Below, in pieces: positions 1 through 12,607 of a DNA stretch of 64,000 nt (position 1 is the stretch's first letter; each line of letters starts with the position of its first letter). The notes beneath the pieces are model-generated. The model had not been told where the DNA came from and did no database searches. It worked only from the letters and a program-made list of their open reading frames with translations. This stretch comes from Octopus vulgaris. Lineage: Eukaryota. Where the stretch lies: positions 23,994,001-24,058,000 of the forward strand of contig OX597828.1 of the NCBI GenBank assembly GCA_951406725.2, in the 5' to 3' direction. The position numbers and the translations under genes were made by a program.

Positions 1-210
1 GGCTAAACGCAGAGAGGACAAACAAGGACAGACAAACGGATTAAGATGATTATATCCACCCCAGTGCGTAATTGGTACTTTATTTATCGACCCCGAAAGG
101 ATGAAAGGCAAAGTCGATGTCGGGGAAATTGAACTCAGAACGTAACGGCAGATGAAATACCGCTAAGCAAATTGCCCGGTGTGCTAATAATTCTGCCAGC
201 TCACCGTCTT
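1..210 (-). mobile_element. tRNA-derived SINE, family M (Meta-domain-like core), truncated by window edge
   Basis: The reverse complement has the B-box GAGTTCAA(T)TTCC followed by GCCTTTCATCCTTTCGGGGTCGATAAA..AAGTACC. The same sequence recurs at 1561, 4030, 11670, 61420 and 63595. Confidence 0.8.
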
Positions 211-224
211 AGTAGTATTAGTAT

Positions 225-257
<33 letters not shown>

Positions 258-264
258 CAGTAGC

Positions 265-322
<58 letters not shown>

Positions 323-342
323 ATAATAATAATAATAATAAT
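211..342. repeat. (AGT)n/(AAT)n microsatellite
   Basis: Read directly from the sequence. Confidence 0.95.
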
Positions 343-1560
343 TGCTGTTTTGTTGATACTGCTATTTCTGCTCTTGCTTCTTGACTCCAGGTACGCCCTA
401 ATCGATCAAGCTTTCCTTTAGCTAAATCGTTTGTAGTGGAGATCATCTCAGGTATATTTCCTCCTTTTTCCACCCATTGTTTCTCATAATACATCGCACA
501 ATGATGCCTTGCTTGTTTCAAGAGAAGAATTTGGTTTTATTGACAGTTGTTTGGTTGCTCTTGAAGATCGAACAACCATGCATAGGTTCCGAGTTCAGTT
601 GTCTGCGAACACACCCATTATCTAGGACGTTCTAACCATGACTAACCCGTGTAATTTGAAACTCAATCGTCATTGTGCGTCTATGTATTTCCTCTTTTTA
701 AAGAGTATTGTGTGCTATTCGACAGAAATTTAGCTGAGAATACTCCCAGGTCAGATTAATGACTAGCAATTTCTTCATTGAATAGTCAACTCAAGGTCTT
801 ATTTCTGGTGGTTCTTGTAATGGATAAATTCATTATATTGATTATATTGATCACGGTGCTTTAATGGCATATTTTTATTGATACCAAACGCAAGAAAATC
901 AATCAAGATTTCCTATAATTTGAGAAGTCGGCAAATGACTATGAAAGCATGAGATCAAATCATCCAATTTAGAAATCATTAGCAGATTAGTGAAAATAAA
1001 GTTACAAATAACTGACGGTGCTGGGTGGATTTTTCACGATCGGTAGGCTATCCGATATAAAAACTTGTCGATATTTTCCGTTTAGAGTTTAAATGCATCT
1101 TTGAAGCTTTTGAGATTGAGGAATTAAAAAAAAATAGCGATGTAATCGACTCCACAATTTTGTGGTCATGTAGCTATGCTGGATGCACCCTGGTGTATTA
1201 TTTTATTGTCACGATATATCTTCGAATGTTACGCTTTTACCAAGCCTAAAGTGTGTTGGAGCAATCGTTGGAGCATATGCCAAAACATCTTGCGTGAATT
1301 CTTCCGGTTCTTTACGTTGTGAGTTTAAACTCTACCGAGGTGAAATTTACAGTTCAGCATTCCCTTCGGCTAATTAAATTCAGCCGATATTAAAATTTCT
1401 CGACCAAAGAAATCCATCAGTCAATGATTGAGTGCGATGTGATGTGACTAATTTCCTCCCCTCAAATTTACTTGTATCCAAATTCATAGTTTCAAATTTT
1501 GCCACTAGGGCAGCAATTCTGGGCTGGGGAGTGGATGAGTCAATGACATCGACCCCAGTG

Positions 1561-2102
1561 TTCTGCCGTTACGTTCTGAGTTCAAATTACCCCGAGGTCG
1601 ACTTTGCCTTTCATCCTTTCGGGGTCGATAAATAAAGTAACAGTTACGCACTGGGGTCGATATAATCGACTTAATCCGTATGTTTGTCCTTGTTTGTCTC
1701 CCCTGTGTTTAGCCCCTTGTGAGTAGTAAAGAAATAGAAATAGGTATTGCGTCTGCCGCTAGGTTCTGAGTTCATATTCCGCCGAGGTCGACCTCACCTT
1801 TCATCCTTTCGGGGTCGATTAAATAAGTACGAGTTACGCACTGGAGTCGATATAATCGACTTAATCCGTTTGTCTGTCCTTGTTTGTCCCCCTCTGTGTG
1901 TAGCCCCCTTGTGGGTAGTAAAGAAATAGAAATAGGTATTTCATCTGTCTTTACGTTCTGAGTTCAAATTCCGCCGAGGTTGACATTGTCTTTCATTCTT
2001 TCTGGGTCGATAAATTAAGTACTAGTTGCGTACTGGTCGATCTAACCGACTTGGTCCCTCTCTCCAAAATTCCGGACAGTGTGCCTAGAGTAGAAAAGAA
2101 TA
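1561..2102 (+). mobile_element. Family M SINE, three tandem ~180-bp units
   Basis: Units start near 1561, 1746 and 1937, each with GTTCTGAGTTCAAATTCCGCCGAGGTCGAC...CTTTCATCCTTTCGGGGTCGAT. The last unit ends in TGTGCCTAGAGTAGAAAAGAAT. Confidence 0.85.
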
Positions 2103-3404
2103 TAAATTCGTTGAATTGGATCTCTGTACCGGAAACGTTCAGGCTAAATATCCGCAGCAAAATATATTTGAGTGCTCTATCAGTTTAGATACCTGGTGTC
2201 CTTAAGAAAAATGTAATATTACAAGAATAACCGAAATTGTGAATGAAAAACAAAATTGTGCACAAGAAAACGTGTTCAACAAGAAAAAAAGTAATGAGAA
2301 ATATTTTTAAATGACGAACGAAGTAAGAAAAAATGGAAGCAGAAAAAAATGACAAGAAATTTTATGAAGAAATAAAGAATGAAAAACAATAAGATAGAAG
2401 TAAAGAATGGAAGAAATAGTTGAAAAAAAGTAAGGAAGAGGAATCATTAAAAATATTTTAATTGCCAGGTAAACCACAGAACTACAATAGATAACAAGAA
2501 TATTGTTGAGATTAGAAACTGGAAAATGCATGAAGAAAAGAAAATGTCAATAAGCGTTGGACAAAATCTAAATATAAATTTGTGATAAATATATTTACTG
2601 AAAACATTGAAGTTCGGTATTGAAACAATGTTGTGAAAAATATTTGTGATTAAAATTGTATTTTATCTCATTTTATTTAATTTTATTTGTTGTTGAAAAT
2701 ACAGATCGTTTGCGGTACTTATGTTTGCAATTGGTTTGCAATTCAAGACACCATCAAATCTGTACTAGAAAATTACTTTGAAAAATAAATACAAAATCAC
2801 TCCCGACACCAAAATTACTAACAACAACGCCAGACACATGAAGAATAACAAACAGCGTCGTTGCCTATAGCAACAGTATACCAAGTACACAATTCATAAT
2901 ATTTTAAAAGTGCAATACAAATTTGATCAATAGAAAACAGGCATTAAAAGAACAAATCAAACCAAAATAAAAATTCTTTTACTTCCATTTCAAGAAATTT
3001 AAGATTTTAACTTGTGAATACGCTGGTTTTCTCACAAGTTTATAAGACACGTTTAAATCAATTTTCAAAATGTGTGAAAATATAAATGTGTTGTGACATT
3101 TATTAACTGCTTCTGTATTTCTTTGTTGTATTTGTTTGTATGGTTGGTTTTTTACCGTTTTTATTTTTACCGTTTTTATCATTGACGATATTTGTGAAGT
3201 GGGAGGTTTTTGTCACGACAGATGAAATGTAGGCCGCGCAGTCTATAATGAGATCTTATAAGGATATTTTTCTGTTCTTTTTCTTATTTTAATGGGTGCT
3301 CGGTTTCCTTTTTTTCATTTTCTTATCGACTTCATTCATACGATTTCGGCGGTCATGCTGGAGCACTGTTTAAAGTTTTTTTAGGGTATATTATATCATT
3401 ATCG

Positions 3405-3652
3405 GTGGAGGCGCGTGGCTTATTGGCTAGAGTGTTGAACTCATGATCGTAAGATTGTGGTTTCGATTCCTGGACTGGGTGATGCGTTGTGTTCTTGAGC
3501 AAAACACTTCATTTCACGTTGTTCCAGTCCACTCAGCTGGCAAAAATGAGTAATCCTGTAACGAACAGGCGTCCCGTACAGGTGGGGAATTTCTACGCCA
3601 CAGAAACCGGGAAACCGGCCCTTATGAGCCTGGCATGGTTCGAGAAGGAACC
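3405..3652 (+). mobile_element. tRNA-derived SINE (head H2, CORE-like middle, tail B)
   Basis: A-box TGGCTTATTGG, B-box GGTTTCGATTCC, middle TGTGTTCTTGAGCAAAACACTTCATTTCAC, tail GAAACCGGGAAACCGGCCCTTATGAGCC. A second copy lies at 63197-63440 (-). Confidence 0.75.
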
Positions 3653-4029
3653 TTTATTTTTTATTTATATTATTATCAATATTTACATTTGTCACAGTTC
3701 TTTATGTAATGGTTTCTCCTATCAGCCTCAGAGAATGAAGAAAATCAAAATGAACAGGATGTTAGAAAGGGGTCAACTAAGACGGGTTCAGAAAACATAT
3801 TTGCAGATTCCCCAAACCCTCTATATCGATTCTTGCACACGAGCACAAGTTTACACAAATAAATACGCACACAGAAACAAATAAGCACAATGTGAGTCAC
3901 GAATAACTAAAGCCCATAATGAACTATCAGAGTGAGATGGTCACATTGAAATTTACGAGCGGGTGGCTGGCTTTGAGTAAAGAAAATACAGCCGGATGAC
4001 TTACTTATGATTATATTTAACATATTTCC

Positions 4030-4384
4030 AAGGCAGTGAGCTGGTAGAAACATTAGCACGCCGGGCGAAATGCTTAGCAGTATTCGTCTGCCGCTACGTT
4101 CTGAGTTCAAATTCCGCCGAGGTCGACTTTGCCTTTAATTCTTTCGGGGTCGATTAAATAAGTACCAGTTACGCACTGGGGTCGATATAATCGTCTTAAT
4201 CCGTTTGTCTGTCCTTGTTTGTCCTCTCTGTGTTTAGCCCCTTGTGTGTAGTAAAGAAATAGGTATTTCGTCGGTCTTCAAATTCTGCCGAGGTCGACAT
4301 TTCCTTTCATCTTTTCGGGGTCGATAAATTAAGACTGGCCCCCTACCTCCAAATCTTCGAGGTGGATGCCTAGAGTAGAAAAGT
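4030..4384 (+). mobile_element. Family M SINE dimer with head
   Basis: Head AAGGCAGTGAGCTGGTAGAAACATTAGCACGCCGGGCGAAATG, two core units, and a GCCTAGAGTAGAAAAG end. Confidence 0.85.
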
Positions 4385-4598
4385 ATACAGTTCTATATTT
4401 AGCATATATATTAGCATACAGTTCTATATTTAAGAGATGAGGAGCTATGTACGTTATTTATATTCGACGGATATTTGTCCTCATCCTGTTTGTTGTTAAC
4501 ACAAGGTTTTGGCTAATATCCCCTCCAGCCTTCTTCAGGTGTCTTGGGGAGTTTTCGAACCTGGGTTCTCATTCCTAAAGTATTTTTCGATGTTGTTG

Positions 4599-4684
<86 letters not shown>

Positions 4685-4765
4685 ATTATTATTGTTCAGG
4701 TCACTGCTTGGAATCGAACTCGGAATCTTGGGGTTAGCAGCCCGCGCCCTTAACCACTACGCCAT
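4385..4765 (-). mobile_element. Composite short element: tRNA-like head + (AAT)n + tail with a hammerhead-like motif
   Basis: Minus strand reads TGGCGTAGTGG (A box)...GAGTTCGATTCC (B box), then (AAT)n, then a tail that recurs at 16354-16530. Confidence 0.7.
4498..4543 (-). ncRNA. Degenerate minimal type I hammerhead ribozyme motif
   Basis: GACAC-CTGAAGA-A-GGCTGG..TTAGCC-AAAA-CCT-T-GTGTT. Stem I (GACAC/GTGTT) and stem II are intact; GAAA is mutated to AAAA and stem III ACGT to ACCT. Confidence 0.6.
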
Positions 4766-5349
4766 TTCCCTCTCAGATTCGCTCACTTCAGCTTTTCTAA
4801 GCCCTGTAAAAGAACTGGGAAAGTTGGGCTTCTAACATGGCTTTTCGTGATACTTTTAAAACCAGAAATTTTTCAGCACCTCCTAATATATACTGCTTTT
4901 TTTTATAGAGGAAAGGCCCCTAGTTTCTCAATATATAACGTTATAAAAAAACGACACAGATAAGAGATTTATAAATCTGAATAGCACTCACAACAATTTA
5001 CCTACCAACACAGTTCAGTTATTTTAACATAATGGAATTCCCTATCTTTCCATGTCTATATATCTCCCTGCTTCTCTATTTATCTATCTCTTCATCTATT
5101 CCCATATTTAAATATCTGTAAAATATATTAATCCCACTATTGAAATATGTAGTCATATTCTCGCTTCAGCATTTATATATCTAAATAGCTATCTATATCG
5201 CTTTAAACATTAAAATCTAAATTAGCAACGAAACTTCCATTTTCTGATATAAAACTGATGTGTGTTTCATATGATTATTTTTCTCATATCTCATTATTTT
5301 AGTCAGATAACTGTAAAACAATATTTAACTACTAACATACTATTCTCAC

Positions 5350-5380
<31 letters not shown>

Positions 5381-5421
5381 ATAAATAGATAGATAGATGC
5401 ACACAGAGACACACACATATA

Positions 5422-5595
5422 TTGGGTTGGTGCATAATTATTGCGGCTTTTTTTCAATAAATTTTATTCAACAAAAACAATAACAATATTTAAAATAAAA
5501 TCTTCAGAATAATAATTGAAAGATGGTTTTTTAACATGTTATTGTTTTTGTTGAATAAGATTTGTTGAAAAAAAAGCAGCAATAGTTGTGCACCA

Positions 5596-5601
<6 letters not shown>
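5422..5601. mobile_element. Mariner-type MITE (near-palindromic)
   Basis: Ends TTGGGTTGGTGCATAATTATTGCGGC and GCAGCAATAGTTGTGCACCAACCCTA are inverted repeats resembling Hsmar1/MADE1-type TIRs. Arms pair for about 70 bp and the flanks are TA. Confidence 0.8.
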
Positions 5602-5649
<48 letters not shown>

Positions 5650-5884
5650 CACACGCATACAGACACATACAAACGCACATATTAGATAGACAGATAGAGG
5701 GAGAGAGAGAGAAAGAGAGAGTAAAAGTGTTACACAGACATAAGCGCACAGACATTAATATCTCTTTATATATCTATAAACATATGCATATACACCTATG
5801 TAAACGAACATATAGATATAAATGTATATTTGTGTATGTATTTATGCATACATATGTATACGAATATATATATATATATACATA

Positions 5885-5922
<38 letters not shown>

Positions 5923-6140
5923 AAGAGGCCAAGAGATAGCGATTCGCATATAGATAAATATCTAGATTTTACATACTTAAACATAAGTAGAGAGTAGACA
6001 GTGTTATACATAAATATGTGCATAAGTGCGTACATAAGTATATATGCATGTACATATATCTATATGTCCATAAATATATATATATATATATATATATGTA
6101 CGTGTATATATGTATACATACGCATATATATTACATACAT

Positions 6141-6238
<98 letters not shown>

Positions 6239-6494
6239 TCTCACATACACATACACACAACACACGGAAACATACAGAAAGGTAGGCTTTTTACATGTCA
6301 TTTTCCATCATATTATATCATTGAAATGTCTTATACAATTGACGAGATGTAATTGGTTTTACAGACGTCGTTGACACTTAAAATGTTCTTATCACTGAGG
6401 AGTAAATTAAAAACAAATCATTCGACACTGAGTTCAAATCCCAACAGGGATAGTTTTACACTTACGGTCACTACACTAATTAACGTTATCAGAA

Positions 6495-6563
<69 letters not shown>

Positions 6564-6639
6564 GTTTATCTATCTATCTACGTATGTTTATAGAGATAGA
6601 TAGATAGATATAACAAAGAATCATAATTCCAGATATTTA

Positions 6640-6830
6640 GGAGAAACAACGGAGAACATACAAAAGAGCACATGAGAAGCTTTATTTCTCCCTTGTTTCA
6701 AATAGCTTCGCCTGCAGCAGATGTTATCACAGTTGCTGATGAAGAGCAGGCCTTCTTGCCCACTCGACAGGCTACCAGAGATGATAATTGAACGAGAACA
6801 GCCAACGTCGATCAACGACGGATAGCCGTC
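6640..6830 (+). mobile_element. RTE-clade LINE 3' end (decayed)
   Basis: Translates to FACSRCYHSC**RAGLLAHS, the C-terminal C2H2-like motif of RTE ORF2, followed by a GTCGATCAACGACGG tail. Confidence 0.6.
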
Positions 6831-6892
6831 AGCAGAAGATGAATGAGTTGATATTTTCAACTACTACGAATCGTCCTGAGGAGCAGTCTTTG

Positions 6893-7191
6893 ATCGTCCT
6901 TCTCGAGCCATGTTTGGCTCATAAAGGCCAGCTTCCTGGTTTCATTGGCGTATAGTTTCCCCAACCTGGACGGAACGCCGGTCCGTCGCAGGTAAGCTGC
7001 TAGATGTAGGAGGAAAGAGTGAGAGAAATTTGTGGCGAAAGAGCCAGTAGAAGTTCGCCATTACTTTCTGCGGTAGTCGCGTGGAACTTAGGTGTTGCGC
7101 TCATAAACACACATCGCCCGGTCTGAGATTCGAACTCGCCATCTCTCGACCACGAATCCGATGCTGTAACCACTAGGTCATGAGCCTCCAC
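6893..7191 (-). mobile_element. tRNA-derived SINE (head H1, tail B)
   Basis: The reverse complement has GTGGAGGCTCATGACCTAGTGGTTA..GAGTTCGAATCTCAGACCGGGCG..AACACCTAAGTTCCACG. Its tail is shared with the 3405 element. Confidence 0.75.
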
Positions 7192-7427
7192 AAAATTAGA
7201 AATGAAGACTAATTATATCTCTGATAATCCATCAAGCATTCCTTGTATGCCACGCACCTGTAATTAATAAACACCTGGAATGTAATATGCCATTAGCAAA
7301 TATGCATATCACAATCTCTTGTCTATTTGGTGTAAATTCAATCATTTCACTACTGAACGTCAATTCAGCTAATTAGAGATGCGTGTGTGTGTGTGTGTGT
7401 GAGTAATTAGAGATGGGTGTGTGCGTG

Positions 7428-7469
<42 letters not shown>

Positions 7470-8996
7470 TGTGAATAATTAGCTCAGTTGATATACCTTG
7501 ACGTAACCAAATGTATATCAATAATGAGAAGATTGACAATATCACCCACTCGTTTTGTATTCTCTGGAGATTTCATCTTGCATTTAGTAACACTTTTACT
7601 ATCATTCATGGACTGAATTTTAAAATGCAACGTAAAACTACTATATATGTGAAGAATAATAATTCTTTCAAAATACATCAGATGATTTTCTGAGTGGCTG
7701 ACATCTATTCCATAGTTAAGCGAACTTGTGTGAAACAGTCTCGGCGACATACAGTCTATAGGTAAGAGAACTGGTGAGCAAATTCATTATTGAAAAAAAA
7801 ATCTTTTATAACCAATGCTCTTTGTCTCACTTATTGTGATGGTAGTCTTTCATTTGTAGAGATCCACACCGAAACCATTTACCCTCTCTCTCTCTAATTC
7901 CATCTCTATCTCTCTCTAATTCTATTTCTCTCACACACTTTATCTCCCTACGCCCGCTTCCTTGAAATTTATTATACTTCAACTCTCGTGATGCTAACGA
8001 CACTTCTCTTCAGTTCTTCACTCTGACAAAGGATAAGAGGCCGAACGACCAGGTACATCACTGCTCGCGTCAATGGAAGATAAAATATTTCGCACATGAC
8101 CCGATTCAGTCACTTCCGAGATGTAGATACGATGAAACAAGATTTGCAAAGAAAAGCAAAACGCATTCATTTACAAACACTCACAACCTCAGCTTTAGTC
8201 TGTCCATTGCGTTTATTTTCATGATAGATTGCTTGAAATGCGATATAAACCGCAGTACAATTCCAAGTCTTGAAATGATATATTTAGGTAATCAGATATT
8301 CTTAGAAGAATCTCAGAAGATTCTATTGAAAATCTAAGCTGTCTGTCTCTATTATGATGCATCGATCTACGTCTATTATACTTTAGTTAATTCTAAGTTA
8401 CAAGGAAATTTAGTCATGAAAGAATCTTTGAAGAGATGAATATTCAATTCTATTCAAATGCTGTCAAATCTAAGTCATTAGTCACCGTGATGTACAACAA
8501 TATTCTTCGTTGATTACTGATTTGGTAATCAGTTTTATTGCTTCATAGTTACCCAGATATAAACCGATATGTATACAAAACACAGACATATATAGATACA
8601 TAAAAGTATGTTTGTGCTTATATATGTGTGTGTGTGTGTGCGCGTGTGTGTTTATATGGTTGACATATGTGATCCAGATATCTCTGTATAGAAGACGGTT
8701 AGTAATACTCAACAAATTTCAAAATTAGATTCCGATGTCTTTGCAGCGGATCTTCCAGTAAAGAAAAGGAAAGCTGTAGGAGGGATCAGATTGACCGGGT
8801 ACAGAAACAATTATGAAGTGCAAATTAGACACACTTCATACATTAAATATATTAACTACATTAAATACAAATATCTAAATAATTATACATACAAAACGAA
8901 AGAAAGCAAAAGGTGGAAACTTTCAGATGATGAACAATGTGTGCGTGTATGTATATATAAATATGTGTGTGTGTGTGTGTATGTATATATATATAT

Positions 8997-9197
8997 GTGA
9001 CCTCGTGTGTACCGTTGGCGATTTTTTTCCTCTGTCTTCCCTTCTCTGGATCTTTCCTTCTCCTATGTTTCCGACGAAGAGCTCCGCTCGGAACCTTAAA
9101 CCCTCTTTCCTTCTTTCCTGAGCGTCCAATGATACAATATTTGTCCCACGTCCTCGCGTTGTTGTGTTTTTTTTTTGTGCTTTCTTGTTTGGATTAA
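8997..9197 (+). mobile_element. Short PLE-like repeat in (TA)n with a degenerate hammerhead motif
   Basis: About 200 bp of complex sequence between TA tracts. 9067-9101 reads GTTT-CCGACGA-A-GAGC-TCC-GCTC-GGAA-CCT-T-AAAC. Confidence 0.55.
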
Positions 9198-9198
9198 C

Positions 9199-9284
<86 letters not shown>

Positions 9285-9356
9285 TATATATATATATATA
9301 TATATATACATACACACACACACATATATATGTGTGTGTGTGTGTGTATATATGAG

Positions 9357-9388
<32 letters not shown>

Positions 9389-9391
9389 TTA

Positions 9392-9448
<57 letters not shown>

Positions 9449-9449
<1 letters not shown>

Positions 9450-9496
9450 AATGTTGGTGCATTGTTGTACCACTGTCCTGTATCTTTATATATATG

Positions 9497-9543
<47 letters not shown>

Positions 9544-9615
9544 TATAGATAAATGTGTGTGTGTGTATAGTAAATGTTGGTGCATTGTTGTACCACTGTC
9601 CTATATCTTTATATA

Positions 9616-9696
<81 letters not shown>

Positions 9697-9712
9697 ATGT
9701 GTGTGTGTGTGT
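9449..9712. repeat. Local tandem duplication (~125-140 bp unit containing microsatellites)
   Basis: AAATGTTGGTGCATTGTTGTACCACTGTCCT(G/A)TATCTTTA occurs at about 9449 and 9572, each followed by (TA)n(GATA)nAATGTGTG. Confidence 0.9.
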
Positions 9713-9713
9713 A

Positions 9714-10080
9714 GTGGAAGCGCAATGGCCCAGTGGTTAGGGCAGCGGATTCGCGGTTTCGGTTCCAAACCCGGGCCTTGTGAGTGTTCATCCGGCGAAA
9801 ACACCTAAAAGCTCCACGAGACTCCGGCAGTGTGTGGTGGCGAACCCTGCTGTACTCTTTCACTACGACTTTCTCTCACTCTTTTTTCCTGTTTATGTTG
9901 TACCTGTCTTTCAAAGGGCCAGCCTTGTCACTCTGTCTCACACTGAATCTCCCCGAGAACTACGTTAAGGGTGCACGTGTTTGTGGAGTGCTCAGCCGCG
10001 TACACGTTAATTTCTCGAGCAGGCTGTTCTGTTGAGCGGATCAACTGGAATCTACGTCGTCGTATCCAACGGAGTGTCAC
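9714..10080 (+). mobile_element. tRNA-derived SINE (head H1, tail A)
   Basis: Head GCGCAATGGCCCAGTGGTTAGGGCAGCGG; tail GGCCAGCCTTGTCAC...CGAGAACTACGTTAAGGG...CGTCGTCGTA..CAACGGAGTG. Copies at 38222 and 54365. Confidence 0.85.
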
Positions 10081-10132
10081 AAGTATATATATATATATAT
10101 ATATACATATATTTATATTTATATTTATATAT

Positions 10133-10191
<59 letters not shown>

Positions 10192-10206
10192 CATACATAC
10201 ATACAT

Positions 10207-10250
<44 letters not shown>

Positions 10251-11669
10251 TCATATATTTCATATATAAATAGGTCCAACTTACACAGAGTACAAGCGAC
10301 GGAGAAATTCGAACGGGTGGAAGGCAGTTATTATAAATCGATCAGCTGTTTCCAGGTACTTGGTGATCCATAATAATGATCTAAACGGTGCACTACACTA
10401 CTTAATTACAGAACTGACGTTTTTTTAGCAAATGAAATCATTTGAAAAGATTTCTTGAGTTCGAATTGAAAGACCTCCACCCTCACCGGTTTGAATAGCT
10501 ATGCCACAGACCTGGCCTCTTCTTCTTTATATTATTCCACACCAGATTAATTAGGATTCCTACAAACAAAGGAGATGCAGATATTGGTTTACTTAATTTA
10601 ATTCCCTTCCCCTGATTTCACGTTTTGCAGTAATATTCTTCTCGTTTTTCTTCTTGTTTTTCCTTATGCTTTCTCATAGACAAGCGTCCTGGTCTTTAGT
10701 ATAGGACTAATGGTATATACTGGCCTAAAAGATTGCTTGCAGATACATAGCATGTTATACAAACTTGCCAGATTATTGTGTCTCTAGGTCATGGAACTAT
10801 CAGTAGCTCTTTTTTATATTGTACGTTTACTAAATGATATCTATGTCTCGCTCAAGAACGCAACACGGCCCGGCCCGGCCCGAGAATCGAATTTTTAGGT
10901 GCAGTTACCCACCTTGAAAGCGGGATTAAACAAACTGGCTAGAGCGTGAGATTCTGGCACGAGGCCTTACGGCTACCTCTTTCTACATCGGGATGCGAAA
11001 TTGTGAAGACGTAACCTAACTGGCTCTCTCTCACACCACACGCCTGTAGCAGATAAGAGCCAACGCACAGGAGACGACCATGGCCTCCATGCATCAAACC
11101 ATTTTCATTTATCATTCAGCTTGTGTGTATACGTATGGCCACATTAAAGTCACAGTCTTGTTTTATGTATTCTTTGTACCGGGTTTCCTGTCAAATCAGA
11201 TTACAGCCTTCTGAGTAGAGTCACATTAGATGGAATAGAACCTAAGCAACTAAAAACTCACTACCCCCTGACTGTGAGTCCGACACTCTAACCACTGTAT
11301 ATAAGGGTGAGTATACGGGCAAAAACTAAGCACATTAGCCAAACATATGGTTCCGATGTTGTCTTAACTTACATAGAATATCCTATATTATATTGTTCTT
11401 GTATTGGTTTTAGCCAACAGATTCTGGTCATACTGGAGCAGCATCCGTGATGGTTTAATCATTTCGATTGATGCCAATACTTTGTCTAGTACACATAATA
11501 TCGCTATTTCATTAATCATAACTATAAGTTACATTTCTTTACGTTTCTTTACGGATTACATGATATCTTATCAGAAATATGAACGGCAACAGTTTAGTAC
11601 TTTCTTTTCCATTCTTTGCTCTACCATTCCTTCGCTCATAACGAGAGAAGCACTGTTTTGTAGTTATAA

Positions 11670-11990
11670 ATATATTTCTTTACTGCCCACAAGGGGCTAA
11701 ACGTAGAGGGGACAAACAAGGACAGACATAGGTAGTAAGTCAATTACATCGACCCCAGTGCGTAACTGGTACTTAAATTATCGACCCCGAAAGAATGAAA
11801 GGCAAAGTCGACCTCGGCGGAATTTGAACTCAGAACGTAACGGCAGACGAAAATACGGCTGCGCATTTCGCCCTGCGCGCTAACGTTTCTGCCAGCTCGC
11901 CGTCTTTCGAACTCAGAGCGTAACGACAAACGAAATACCGCTAAGCATTTCGCCCTGCGCGCTAACGTTTCTGCCAGCTCGCCGCCTTTT
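11670..11990 (-). mobile_element. Family M SINE with duplicated head
   Basis: GCATTTCGCCCTGCGCGCTAACGTTTCTGCCAGCTCGCCG appears twice (about 11863 and 11946) next to one core unit. Confidence 0.8.
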
Positions 11991-12433
11991 GTAGTTATAT
12001 ATACTCTACCGATCACTTTCCACAATGCTTGCAGCTGAATTCGTCCTTTGAGATCACTGATTCTTTCATTGCCTTTTCAGTCTTTTCTTAAACTAGTTAA
12101 ATGGTTAAATCCTGCACCAGGTTTGCTCCAGTCAATGATGAACAGGATGCTGTTTACCACAGGCGTCAGTAAGCGAGCCGCTATCAAAACCTGCTATAGG
12201 TAAGGAAGCAAGGACTCCTAACAACAGTAGTATTAGTTGGGATAACGTTAAGGGGTGAGGGGTTGCGGTTTCAATACGCCTGGATGTGTAGCACTGATGC
12301 GGGCATCTGACTGATGAAAGACACGAAACATTACTGATGATGTGTTTAGGTATATTGCAGGATGAAGTATGAACAATTTGTGCATAAATGAATCTACACA
12401 AATGCACACATAAGCACACACAAACATTCACCC

Positions 12434-12498
<65 letters not shown>

Positions 12499-12607
12499 CA
12501 TACATACATGCATACATTCATACATACATGTACACAATCATACATACATACATACATACATACTTTCATGCATACATACATACATACACACATACATATA
12601 AATCTGG

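Noticed and set aside
343-540. Protein-like minus-strand stretch (LKQARHHCAMYYEKQW...)
   Set aside because: There is an in-frame stop just upstream, it runs into a microsatellite, and I recognise no family or splice sites.
1561-2102. CRISPR-like periodicity in repeated units
   Set aside because: The units are homologous along their whole length with no unique spacers, and the context is eukaryotic SINEs.
4694-4765. tRNA gene call for this and other A/B-box heads (e.g. 9714, 36052, 38530)
   Set aside because: Acceptor stems are not complete and the heads run into SINE bodies or are truncated, so they are treated as SINE heads.
6732-6775. CTGATGAAGAG...CTCGACA hammerhead-like string
   Set aside because: It lacks GAAA and stems I and III, and is explained as mutated RTE coding sequence (C**RAGLLAHS).
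10335-10420. Minus-strand GAAACAGCTG with an upstream hairpin
   Set aside because: It resembles a PLE hammerhead 3' half, but no CTGANGA core is recognisable.
12303-12342. CTGATGA-aagacac-GAAAC
   Set aside because: Core words are present but there is no stem II and stem I is poor, so it is likely chance.
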